Assembly: GCA_012798435.1 (NCBI GenBank)
Contig: JAAZNF010000028.1
Span: forward strand, 15,362 to 79,361
DNA length: 64,000 bases
Origin: Myxococcales bacterium
GTDB taxonomy: Bacteria > Myxococcota > B64-G9
Direction of reading: 5' to 3'
A program made the translations under genes and the position numbers. Of this stretch, positions 18,513 to 27,177 are shown one piece after another. The stretch's first letter is position 1, and the number at the start of each line of letters is the position of its first letter. Below the pieces are notes generated by a model. That model was not told where the DNA came from and searched no databases. It was given only the letters and a program-made list of their open reading frames with translations.

Positions 18513-20617
18513 CGCGCAAGCCGCGTCCGGGCGACGCCCCGCTCGATCCTGGTCCTGAGGACGACGCCATCCCCGCCGTGGTCCGGGAGGAGCTCCACCT
18601 GCTGCAAAAGGTGCAGCAGGCCATCTCCCAGAGCCGCGGCGTGATTCCCTTTTTCGACTACGAGAACGAGATGTTGGCGCTACGCGACACGCTGGCCGAG
18701 GAACGTCTGGCCGAGGATCAGGCCTCCATCATCGAGCAGATGGATCGCACCGCCGCCCTGGCGGCCGCCCGGGTGCGGCGAACCCCGGAGCGGGTGGACG
18801 CGCGCTGCCCCTACTTCGGCCACCTGGTGATCCGCACCGATGACGGCCGCACCCGCGAGCTCATGGTGGGCCCGCGGGCCTTCCTGGCGGCGGGCGTGCG
18901 CATCGTGGACTGGCGGGACGCCCCGGTGGCGCGCATCTTCTACCGCTACCGGGAAGGTGACAACTTCGTCGAGGACATCGCCGGCCGCGAGTGGTCCGGG
19001 GTGGTGGTGGTGCGCCGCCTGCTCACCATCGTGGACGGGGCGCTGGTCCGGGTGCAGACGCCGGACGAGGTTTGGGTGCGCACCCGCCAGGGCTTCGGGC
19101 GCGCGGGCGGTGAATACCTCCTCGCCGGCGGCGCGGGCAGTGCTTTGCGTCCCGAGAACGCACGCCCCTTCCTCGGCGTCGGCCCGGGCGAGGCGCTGCG
19201 CGCCGACCTGGCCAACAACCAGGTGGCGGCCCTGCTGGACCCGCGCCAGTACGAGCTGGTCACCTCCCCCGGAACCGGCATGGTAGTGGTACGCGGCGGC
19301 GCGGGCTCGGGCAAGACCACGGTGGTGCTGCACCGGCTGGCTTTTTTGGCCGGGCTCGATCCGCAGCGGTTCCGGGCCCGGCGCATGTTGGTGGTGGTGT
19401 TCAACCGCGCCCTGGCGGCCTTCGTCTCGCGCGTGCTGGCCGAGCTCGGCGTCCACGACGTGCCGGTGGTCACGCTGGCCCGCTGGACCCGCACCATGAT
19501 GCAGCGCCATTTCCGCCAGCTCACGCCCTACCGCTCCCAGAATCCCCCGGCGGCGGTGGTGCGCTTCAAGACCCACGCGCTCCTGCTCCCGGCCCTGGAG
19601 GAAGCCGCCCGCGCCACCCCGAGGGCCGATCCCGTGGGTTTGTTCGACGAGCTGTTCACCGACCGGGGTTGGCTGGCGGCCTGCGTGGCCCGTCACGCCC
19701 CGGGATGTTTCTCCGATAGCGAGATCACCCAGATCCATCGCTGGTGCAGCGACCTGCAAGGTCTGCGCAGCGAGAGTCGCCCCGGGGACGAGGAGGACCC
19801 CGATCGCCCCGAGTACGATGAGGCCGACGAGGCGATCCTGCTCCGGCTCCACCAGTTGCTGCGCGGCCCGCTGCTGCACTCGCCCGGACACAAGCTGGCC
19901 TACGACCACCTGGCCATCGACGAGGCCGAGGATCTGGGGCCGCTGGAGCTCTCGGTGCTACTACCGCTGGCGCGGGAGAACTCGCTGACCCTGGCCGGCG
20001 ACGCCGCCCAGCGGCTCGGCCCGGGCGACTTCTCCTCCTGGGAGGAGATCCTGCCGCACCTGGCCGCCCCGGCGGTGGAGGTGTCTCCGCTCCAGGTGAG
20101 CTACCGCTGCACCCGGCCGATCCTGGAGTTCGCCCGCGCCGTGCTGGGAGAGTTTGCCCCCCCGGATACTCCCCGCGCCGTGCGCGAGGGCGCCCCGGTG
20201 GAGCTGCTGCGCGCGGGAAGCCGCGGGGCGGCCATGACCTTCCTGTCCGACGCGCTGTCCGATCTGGCGCGGCGTGAGCCGCGTGCCTCGGTGGCGGTAC
20301 TGGCGCGCGACGCGACGCAGGCGCGACAAGCCTACCAGATCCTGGCCGCCGCCGATCTCCCCGGCCTGCGCCTGGCGCTGGACCAGGACTTCGCCTTCAC
20401 GCCGGCCATCGAGGTGAGTGAGATCGCCCAGAGCAAAGGCCTCGAGTTCGACTACGTCATCCTGCTCAACCCCAACCCGGTGAACTTCCCCCCCACCCGC
20501 ATGGCGCGCCAGCTCTGGCACGTGGGCGCCACCCGAGCCATCCACCAGCTATGGGTGGTGTGCTGGGATCCCCCTTCGCCGGCGCTGCCGCCGCTCCCGC
20601 CCCGGCTGGTGGGCTGA
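18509..20617 (+). CDS. UvrD-like ATP-dependent helicase, HelD (helicase IV)-like N-terminal domain
   Basis: Start MTRKPRPGD (ATG 18509). Walker A GGAGSGKTTVVLHRLAFL, about 280 aa from the start (HelD-like layout). UvrD motifs (VVVFNRALA, AIDEAEDL, TLAGDAAQR, VSYRCTRPI, FDYVILLNPN). The track ORF 17882.. is an upstream junk extension. Confidence 0.75.
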   Translation: MTRKPRPGDAPLDPGPEDDAIPAVVREELHLLQKVQQAISQSRGVIPFFDYENEMLALRDTLAEERLAEDQASIIEQMDRTAALAAARVRRTPERVDARCPYFGHLVIRTDDGRTRELMVGPRAFLAAGVRIVDWRDAPVARIFYRYREGDNFVEDIAGREWSGVVVVRRLLTIVDGALVRVQTPDEVWVRTRQGFGRAGGEYLLAGGAGSALRPENARPFLGVGPGEALRADLANNQVAALLDPRQYELVTSPGTGMVVVRGGAGSGKTTVVLHRLAFLAGLDPQRFRARRMLVVVFNRALAAFVSRVLAELGVHDVPVVTLARWTRTMMQRHFRQLTPYRSQNPPAAVVRFKTHALLLPALEEAARATPRADPVGLFDELFTDRGWLAACVARHAPGCFSDSEITQIHRWCSDLQGLRSESRPGDEEDPDRPEYDEADEAILLRLHQLLRGPLLHSPGHKLAYDHLAIDEAEDLGPLELSVLLPLARENSLTLAGDAAQRLGPGDFSSWEEILPHLAAPAVEVSPLQVSYRCTRPILEFARAVLGEFAPPDTPRAVREGAPVELLRAGSRGAAMTFLSDALSDLARREPRASVAVLARDATQARQAYQILAAADLPGLRLALDQDFAFTPAIEVSEIAQSKGLEFDYVILLNPNPVNFPPTRMARQLWHVGATRAIHQLWVVCWDPPSPALPPLPPRLVG

Positions 20618-20624
20618 GGTCGCC

Positions 20625-22670
20625 GTGTCGCGCTGGCTGAAGGGGCTCAACCCCGAGCAGAAACAGGCGGTGACCCACCGCGGCGGCCCGCTGCTGGTGC
20701 TGGCCGGCGCGGGCAGCGGCAAGACCCGGGTCATCACCCACCGCATCGCCCACCTGCTCGAGCAGGGGTTGAGCGGGGAGCGGGTGCTGGCGCTCACCTT
20801 CACCAACAAGGCGGCCGCCGAGATGCGCGAGCGCTTGCGCCGCATGCTGGGAAAGCGCGCCGAGCCGGTCACGCTCAGCACCTTCCACTCCTTCGGCCTG
20901 ATGTTGCTGCGCGAGCTGGAAGGCAAGGGCGCCACCGGCACTGCCTCACGCCGGGCCCGGCGCTTCGTGATCTACGATACCGGGGATCAGTTGGCGCTGC
21001 TGCGCGAGATCCTGCGCCGCACCCGCCTCGGGCGCGAGTTCGACCTGCCCGCCCTGCTGGCCCGCATCAGCGCCTTCAAGAACGCCTTCCTCCCCTGGGA
21101 CGAAGTGCCCGAGAACGACGATCCGTACCACCAGGCGGCGGCCCTGCTCTACCCGCGCTACATCGAGGCCATGCGGGCCTACGCGGCGCTGGACTTCGAC
21201 GACCTGGTGTGCGAGCCGGTGCGGCGCCTCGAATCCGACGAGGCGCTGCGCCGCCGTCTCCAGCGCCGTCTGCGCGCCATCCTGGTGGACGAGTACCAGG
21301 ACACCAGCGCCGCCCAGCTGCGTTTCCTGCGCCTGCTGGCCGGGCCGGACACCGAGGTGTGCGCGGTGGGCGACGACGACCAGTCCATCTACGGCTGGCG
21401 CGGGGCCGAGGTGAAGAACATCCTGCGCTTCGAGGAGCACTTCCCCGGCGCGCGCACGGTGATCCTGCACCGGAACTACCGCTCGCTGGCGCCGGTGCTG
21501 GAGGTGGCCAACGCGGTGATCGCCGAGAACCCCGATCGCCACGAGAAGCGCCTGCGCGCGGAGCGCGGCGGCGGGGAGCGGGTGCGGCTGTGGTCCTTCC
21601 CGGACGGAGAGGCCGAGGCGGCCGGGGTGGCCGACGAGGTCGAGCGCGCCTTGCGCGAGAAGCGTTTCGCGCCGGGCGAGATCGCCGTCCTGTACCGCGG
21701 CTCGATTCTGTCGCGCGCGCTCGAGCCGCAGCTGCGCGCCCGCCGCATCCCCTACCGGGTGCTGGGCGGGACGTCCTTCTTCGATCGCCGCGAGGTGAAG
21801 GACCTGGTGGCCTGGCTGCGCCTGTGCCTGAACCCCACCGACGAGATCAGCCTGCGCCGGGCACTCTCGAACCCGCCCCGCGGCATCGGCCCCAAGACCC
21901 TGCTGCGCCTGGAAGAGGCGGCCCGCCGCGAGGGCCGTGACATGATGTGGGCGGTCGAGCACGCCGGCCGTTGGCTGGAGCCGGGCGACCGTGCCCTCGA
22001 GCCGCTGCGGCGTTTCTTCGAGCAGCTCGCCATGCTGCGCCCGAAGCTGCGCGGCACCGGGCTTTCGCGGGCGGTACGGCAGGCGGTGGACGAGATCGGG
22101 ATCGTCGCGGCGCTGGAGGAATCCCACTCCGAGAAGGCGGCCGAGTTCCGGCGCGCCGACCTGGAGGCTTTCCTGGAGAGCGTTGACGGATACTGCCGCG
22201 AGGCTTCCCGGCCCGACCTGCGCGAGTTCCTGGGGCGCATGGCGCTGGCCGGCAGCGAGCGGGACCAGGGGGAGGAGGCCGGCCCACGCGTCACCCTGTC
22301 CACCCTGCACGGGGTGAAGGGCCTGGAGTTCGGCCTGGTCATCCTGGTGGGCTGCGAGGAGGGGCTCCTGCCCCACGATCGCACCCTGAACCCCCAGGCG
22401 AGCGACGTGGCCGGCGCCGATCTGGCCGAGGAGCGTCGCCTGTGCTACGTGGGTATTACCCGCACCCGGGATCAACTGATCCTTTCCTGGGCCCGGGAGC
22501 GAGAGGTGCACGGGAGGCCGCGGCCGCGTGCCCTGAGCCGGTTTCTGGCCCAACTCCCGGAGGAATCCTTGGAGCGAACCGAGTTCGGCGCCCCGACCAG
22601 CCCCGAGAAGGCCCGCGAAATGCTCTCCCGCATCCGCGAGATGCTGCGCGAGCCGGGCGCGACGAACTGA
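20625..22670 (+). CDS. uvrD: ATP-dependent DNA helicase UvrD/PcrA/Rep family
   Basis: GTG start. LNPEQKQAVTHRGGPLLVLAGAGSGKTRVITHRIAHLL (Walker A), ILVDEYQDTS, VGDDDQSIYGWRGA, RNYRS, VGITRTRDQLIL. Confidence 0.85.
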   Translation: MSRWLKGLNPEQKQAVTHRGGPLLVLAGAGSGKTRVITHRIAHLLEQGLSGERVLALTFTNKAAAEMRERLRRMLGKRAEPVTLSTFHSFGLMLLRELEGKGATGTASRRARRFVIYDTGDQLALLREILRRTRLGREFDLPALLARISAFKNAFLPWDEVPENDDPYHQAAALLYPRYIEAMRAYAALDFDDLVCEPVRRLESDEALRRRLQRRLRAILVDEYQDTSAAQLRFLRLLAGPDTEVCAVGDDDQSIYGWRGAEVKNILRFEEHFPGARTVILHRNYRSLAPVLEVANAVIAENPDRHEKRLRAERGGGERVRLWSFPDGEAEAAGVADEVERALREKRFAPGEIAVLYRGSILSRALEPQLRARRIPYRVLGGTSFFDRREVKDLVAWLRLCLNPTDEISLRRALSNPPRGIGPKTLLRLEEAARREGRDMMWAVEHAGRWLEPGDRALEPLRRFFEQLAMLRPKLRGTGLSRAVRQAVDEIGIVAALEESHSEKAAEFRRADLEAFLESVDGYCREASRPDLREFLGRMALAGSERDQGEEAGPRVTLSTLHGVKGLEFGLVILVGCEEGLLPHDRTLNPQASDVAGADLAEERRLCYVGITRTRDQLILSWAREREVHGRPRPRALSRFLAQLPEESLERTEFGAPTSPEKAREMLSRIREMLREPGATN

Positions 22671-22688
22671 CATAACCAGGAGGAACCC

Positions 22689-23087
22689 ATGGCGCACGGA
22701 AAGTTCGGGACGGTCATCAACTGCATGGACGGGCGCACCCAGGAGCCGGTGCTGCGCTGGATGAAGGGCCGCTTCGACCTCGACTACGTGGACAACATCA
22801 CCGAGCCCGGCCCGGACCAGGTGCTGCTCGCTGGCGACGAGGCCACCCGCAAGGCGCTGCGGCGCAAGCTCGACATCTCGCTGCGCGGCCACGGCTCCAA
22901 GGTGGTGGCGGTGATCGGCCACACCGACTGCGCCGGAAACCCGGTGGACAACGACAAGCACCTGGCCCAGATCCAGCAGAGCGTGGCCGCCCTGGAGGCC
23001 ATGCACCTGGGCGTGCCCGTGCTCGGCCTGTGGCTCGACGAGAACTGGACGGTGCGCCAGGTGGCGGGCCGGTCGGCGGACGATTGA
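22689..23087 (+). CDS. Small protein with beta-carbonic-anhydrase-like zinc-ligand motifs (CxDxR ... HxxC)
   Basis: INCMDGR and IGHTDCAG match the beta-CA ligand signature. At 132 aa it is shorter than canonical beta-CAs. Good RBS (AGGAGG) upstream. Confidence 0.5.
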   Translation: MAHGKFGTVINCMDGRTQEPVLRWMKGRFDLDYVDNITEPGPDQVLLAGDEATRKALRRKLDISLRGHGSKVVAVIGHTDCAGNPVDNDKHLAQIQQSVAALEAMHLGVPVLGLWLDENWTVRQVAGRSADD

Positions 23088-23265
23088 GCGGCCCCTTCCG
23101 CTGATATGAGGAGCCTGCAAGAAGCATGCTCCTCGTGTTCCAGAGAGACCTTTTTCTATCTGCCATATCTCGTGTGCGTCTGGCCGCGATGCCCTGGGAG
23201 CAAGCGGTTCCAGACGCCTACTCGACCATGGGTCCCGGCCGCGATCTTTATAAGGGAACGCCGGC

Positions 23266-23940
23266 TCAGCGGGGCGGCGGGGCGGGTTCTTCGGGCGGAC
23301 GGCGGCGGTCCAGCGCCGAGGGGAACTCCTCCGGCTTGGCCAGGATGTCGAGCTTCTGCTCGACCTTGCGCCGGTCGCGCCCGTCGGGTTTGAGGCGCAG
23401 GTAGGTGCGGTAGGCCTCGCGCGCCGGTTCGGGCTTGGCCGCGGTCTTGTCGGCCAGGTACTGCGCAAGGAAGCGCTCGAACTCGCACTCGCCGATGAGC
23501 AGCCAGGCCTCGGCGTGGTCGGGTTTCAGGCCGACCGCCTTGCGCAGCGGCTCGAGGGCCTCCTCGTAGCGCCGCAGGCTGTGCAGCACGTAGCCGCGGT
23601 TGAACAGCGGTAGCGGATCGTCGGGGGCGATCTGCGCGGCCCGCTCGAACGACTGCAATGCCTCGTCGAAACGGTGCCGCTCGGCCAGGGCGATGCCCCG
23701 GTTGATGAGCACCTCGCGGTTGTCGGGATCGAGGATCTGGGCCTGGTCCAGGATCTCCAGCGCCTTCTCGTAGTCGCCGAGCCCCATCTGCTCGACCGCC
23801 TCGTTGTTGAGCCGGGTGGCCCGGGTCATGTAGCGGTAGCTCAGCATGACCGCGGCCGCGATGAGCAGCGCCACGAAGATCGCCAGCCCCGGCCGCAGCG
23901 CGCCGCGTTCACTCTTCCAGGGGTTCGTCGCTCGGTTCAT
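23266..23940 (-). CDS. Membrane-anchored TPR-repeat protein
   Basis: TM helix LAIFVALLIAAAVMLSY followed by three TPR units (YEKALEILDQAQILDPDN, FDEALQSFERAAQIAPDD, YEEALEPLRKAVGLKPDH). The start is uncertain (ATG 23940 or 23964). Confidence 0.6.
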   Translation of the reverse strand: MNRATNPWKSERGALRPGLAIFVALLIAAAVMLSYRYMTRATRLNNEAVEQMGLGDYEKALEILDQAQILDPDNREVLINRGIALAERHRFDEALQSFERAAQIAPDDPLPLFNRGYVLHSLRRYEEALEPLRKAVGLKPDHAEAWLLIGECEFERFLAQYLADKTAAKPEPAREAYRTYLRLKPDGRDRRKVEQKLDILAKPEEFPSALDRRRPPEEPAPPPR

Positions 23941-24601
23941 GGTCCGCGCTCCCTCGCGTGGCAAGGTGGGTCAGAATGCGGTCGGCGTTCTTCACCGCTC
24001 GCCGCATCCACTCGGCGATGAGCTCCTCCTGCTCGGCCGCCGAGAGGTCGCCGTGGCGACCGAGCCGGCGCAGCCGCTCGCGCACGGCCACGGCCAGCGC
24101 CACGCCCGCGGCTACCGACACGTTGAAGCTGTCGCCGAAGCCGTACATGGGGATGCAGAAGAACCCGGCCGCGGCCTGGCTCGTCTCCCGCGAGGCACCG
24201 TCTTTCTCGTTGCCGAACACCAGGGCGAGCTTCTTCTCCCAGGGGAGGTCGTCCACCGGCCGCCCACCCGGGCGGGGATCGGCCACCCACAGCTCGAAAC
24301 CTTCCGCGCGCAGCGCCGCCACCGCCTCGAGCGGACTGGGGTGACGGTGGATACGGATCCATTTCTCGGTGCCCTGGGACACCTTGCGCCGCACCCGGAA
24401 GGGCTTGGCGCTCTCGATGACGTGCAGCTCCAGCACCCCGAAGCCGTCGCACGAGCGCACCGCCGCCGACAGGTTGTGGGGATCGTGCACCCCGTCCAGC
24501 ACCACCCGCAGGTTGCGGGTGCGCTGGCGCGCCGCTTCCCGCAGGCGCTCGATGCGCGCCGGCAGCAAGAAGGGCTCGAGCAGCGCGGCCGGGTCGTCCA
24601 T
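23909..24601 (-). CDS. SpoU/TrmH-family RNA 2'-O-methyltransferase
   Basis: LRVVLDGVHDPHNLSAAVRSCDGFGV...LVFGNEKDGASRE...CIPMYGFGDSFNVSVAAGVALA is the SPOUT knot motif set. Confidence 0.75.
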   Translation of the reverse strand: MDDPAALLEPFLLPARIERLREAARQRTRNLRVVLDGVHDPHNLSAAVRSCDGFGVLELHVIESAKPFRVRRKVSQGTEKWIRIHRHPSPLEAVAALRAEGFELWVADPRPGGRPVDDLPWEKKLALVFGNEKDGASRETSQAAAGFFCIPMYGFGDSFNVSVAAGVALAVAVRERLRRLGRHGDLSAAEQEELIAEWMRRAVKNADRILTHLATRGSADHEPSDEPLEE

Positions 24602-24708
24602 GGGGCGCACCATAATCGCCGGCCCCGGAACCTGTCAAGGCGGGACTCTCGCCAGCCTGCCCTACCAAATCCGTTGATCGCTCCGGGTACCGGGGGTATC
24701 ATGCGCCC

Positions 24709-26016
24709 ATGCCTCCCAAGCAGGTGAACAACTGCGACATCATCGGCGAGATCGGCATCGGCGGCATGGCGGTGGTGTACAAGGCGGTGCAGAATTCTCT
24801 CAACCGCCCGGTGGCCATCAAGGAACTCAAGGCCGAGTACGCCAAGGACCCGCAGCTCACCGCGCGCTTCATCCGCGAGGCCACCGCCCTGGCCGCCTTG
24901 CAGCACGAGAACATCGTGCAGATCCACGACTTCGTGAAGGAAGGCGACTCCTTCCGTATGATCATGGAGTACGTGGACGGCATCGATCTCTTTGACGTGC
25001 TGGACCGGGTGCACCACCTACCGCCCGAAGTGGGGGCCATCGTGGGGTTCTTTCTGGCCTCGGCCCTGGAGTACGCCCACTACCACGGCATCATCCACCG
25101 CGACATCAAGCCCAGCAACATCATCATCTCGCGCAAGGGCGAGGTGAAGCTCATGGACTTCGGCATCGCCCGCGACGAGAACCTGGGCGACCTCACCCGC
25201 CCGGGCACCTCGCTGGGCACCCCGGCCTACATGTCCCCCGAGCAGATCATGGGGGTCCGGATCGACTTCCGCTCCGACATCTTCTCCTTCGGCATCGTGC
25301 TGTACCAGGCGCTCACCGGGCTGAAACCCTTCAGCGAGAGCGGCAACCGCAGCATCATGCACAAGATCCTGAACGGCGAGTTCGTGCGCCCGCGCCGGCT
25401 CAACCCCAACATCCCGCGCAAGCTGGAGAAGATCATCTTGCGCTGCCTGGCCCGCGAGCCCGACCAGCGCTACCGCTCGACCGGTGAGCTCCGGTTGGCG
25501 CTGGAGGCGTTCTTGATGAACCGGGTGCGGGGGAACTTCTCGGAGCGCCTGCTGGCCTACCTGGCTCACGCCAAGCTGGTGACCCGGGCCGAGGCCGAGA
25601 CCTTCGTCAAGCCCGCCGTGCTCGACGACCCCGACCTCATCCGCACCGACGACAACCTGCCACCGCCGCCGCGCCTCTCCACCGTGGCCGGGATCCAGGC
25701 CGGCCTGGGCGCGGCGCTGCTCCTGTGGGTGCTGCTGCTGCGCCTGGCCACCGGTCCGAGCGCCGCGGCGGCCTGCGGCGAGGGAGCCGGAGGCCCCCCC
25801 GGTGCCCTCAAGGTGGTGGCCTGGCCCTGGGCCGAGATCCACATCGATGGGGCGTTGGTGGAGACCACCCCGGTGGCGCGCAGCTTCTCGCTGGCTCCCG
25901 GCATACACGAGGTGGTGCTCAAGAACCCCCACTACAAGTCCGTGAAACGGCGCCTGCTCATCGAGCCGGGTCGGCTGCAGAAGCTCACGGTCACCCTCGA
26001 GCCCAGGAAGCCATGA
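24709..26016 (+). CDS. Ser/Thr protein kinase with C-terminal TM segment and PEGA domain
   Basis: GEIGIGGMAVVYKA, VAIKELK, HRDIKPSNIII, DFGIAR, GTPAYMSPE. C-terminal VVAWPWAEIHIDGALVETTP...HEVVLKNPHYKSVKRRLLIEPG is a PEGA-like beta-sandwich. Confidence 0.85.
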   Translation: MPPKQVNNCDIIGEIGIGGMAVVYKAVQNSLNRPVAIKELKAEYAKDPQLTARFIREATALAALQHENIVQIHDFVKEGDSFRMIMEYVDGIDLFDVLDRVHHLPPEVGAIVGFFLASALEYAHYHGIIHRDIKPSNIIISRKGEVKLMDFGIARDENLGDLTRPGTSLGTPAYMSPEQIMGVRIDFRSDIFSFGIVLYQALTGLKPFSESGNRSIMHKILNGEFVRPRRLNPNIPRKLEKIILRCLAREPDQRYRSTGELRLALEAFLMNRVRGNFSERLLAYLAHAKLVTRAEAETFVKPAVLDDPDLIRTDDNLPPPPRLSTVAGIQAGLGAALLLWVLLLRLATGPSAAAACGEGAGGPPGALKVVAWPWAEIHIDGALVETTPVARSFSLAPGIHEVVLKNPHYKSVKRRLLIEPGRLQKLTVTLEPRKP

Positions 26017-27065
26017 CCATGCGCGCGCTCACCTGCAAGACGACGCTTCTCCTCCTGCTGCTGCCCTGCGCCGCCGTCGCCCTCAACTACAAACCGCAAC
26101 CGGAGGAGAGCCTGTCCCGGGTGGCGCAGATGCACTACGGCGACGCGCGCAAGGTGGTGTACCTGCAGGCGGCCAACGGCCTGGGGGACGGAGACAACGT
26201 TCCCCGCGGCAACACCTTGTGGGTGCCCACGGTGTGGAAGTACCGCATCAAGAAAGGCGAGGACCTGGCCCAGATCGCCGGCCGCTACCTCAAGGACCCC
26301 AAGCGCGCCGATTTCGTGCTGTGGCTCAACCGCATCGGCGACCCCAAGGACATCAAGCCCGGGACCGAGATCCAGATCCCCTTCCTGCTCAACCACCGCG
26401 CCTCCGGCGCCCAGAGCCTGGCGGACGTCTCCCGCCGCTACTACTTCAACACCCGCCAGGCGCCGCTGCTCAAGAAGTTCAACGCCCGCAAGACGGACAC
26501 CCTGAAGGCCGGCGAGGTCATCCAGGTGCCCATCTACGATCCCGAGGCGGCGTTCGAGAAGGTCGCCGAAAGGGTGAAGGTCTTCAAGGAGCAGGAAGAG
26601 AGGGCCGCCAAGGCCGCCTTGAAGCTGGTCGCGAAACCCGGCCCCGCCCCGGCGCCGCCCGAAACCCCGCCGTCCCCGGCGGAAAGGCCCCAACCCGGCA
26701 CACCGCACGAGGCCCCGGCGGAGGGGCCCGAGCCGCCCGAGGAAGGCCCGGACGCTGCCAACGCCAAGCCGGCGCCGGAGGACAGCAAGCCCCTGGACGA
26801 TGCGACCGAGCTGTACCTGGCCGGAGACTTCGAGCTGGCGGCCGCCAACCTGTCGCAGCTGCTCGAGCAAAAGCCGCTCCCGCGTGAGGTCGAAGGCCGG
26901 GCGCGCGAGCTACTGGCCTCCTGCCTGGTGGCGCTGGACCGACCGGGCGAGGCCGAGCACGAGTTCGTGCGCCTGCTCATGATCGACCCCGAGCGCACCC
27001 TGGATGTCAAGACCACTTCACCCAAGATCCTCGAGGTCTTCCGCCGCGCCCGCGGCCGGCGCTGA
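26013..27065 (+). CDS. Secreted LysM-domain protein with Pro-rich linker and C-terminal TPR-like helical region
   Basis: ATG 26013 overlaps the upstream STK stop (ATGA). Signal MTMRALTCKTTLLLLLLPCAAVA. LysM-like YRIKKGEDLAQIAGRYL and a second (TLKAGEVIQVP). Confidence 0.65.
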   Translation: MTMRALTCKTTLLLLLLPCAAVALNYKPQPEESLSRVAQMHYGDARKVVYLQAANGLGDGDNVPRGNTLWVPTVWKYRIKKGEDLAQIAGRYLKDPKRADFVLWLNRIGDPKDIKPGTEIQIPFLLNHRASGAQSLADVSRRYYFNTRQAPLLKKFNARKTDTLKAGEVIQVPIYDPEAAFEKVAERVKVFKEQEERAAKAALKLVAKPGPAPAPPETPPSPAERPQPGTPHEAPAEGPEPPEEGPDAANAKPAPEDSKPLDDATELYLAGDFELAAANLSQLLEQKPLPREVEGRARELLASCLVALDRPGEAEHEFVRLLMIDPERTLDVKTTSPKILEVFRRARGRR

Positions 27066-27177
27066 GCCGGCGCCCCACCGCTCTTGAAGCAGCATCGAGC
27101 GTACCTTTGCCTGGACCGGCGGCTTGGTCTACAATCCGCCGGGTGGCGCTGAACCTTCTCGCGGAGGGCTGCCGCCG

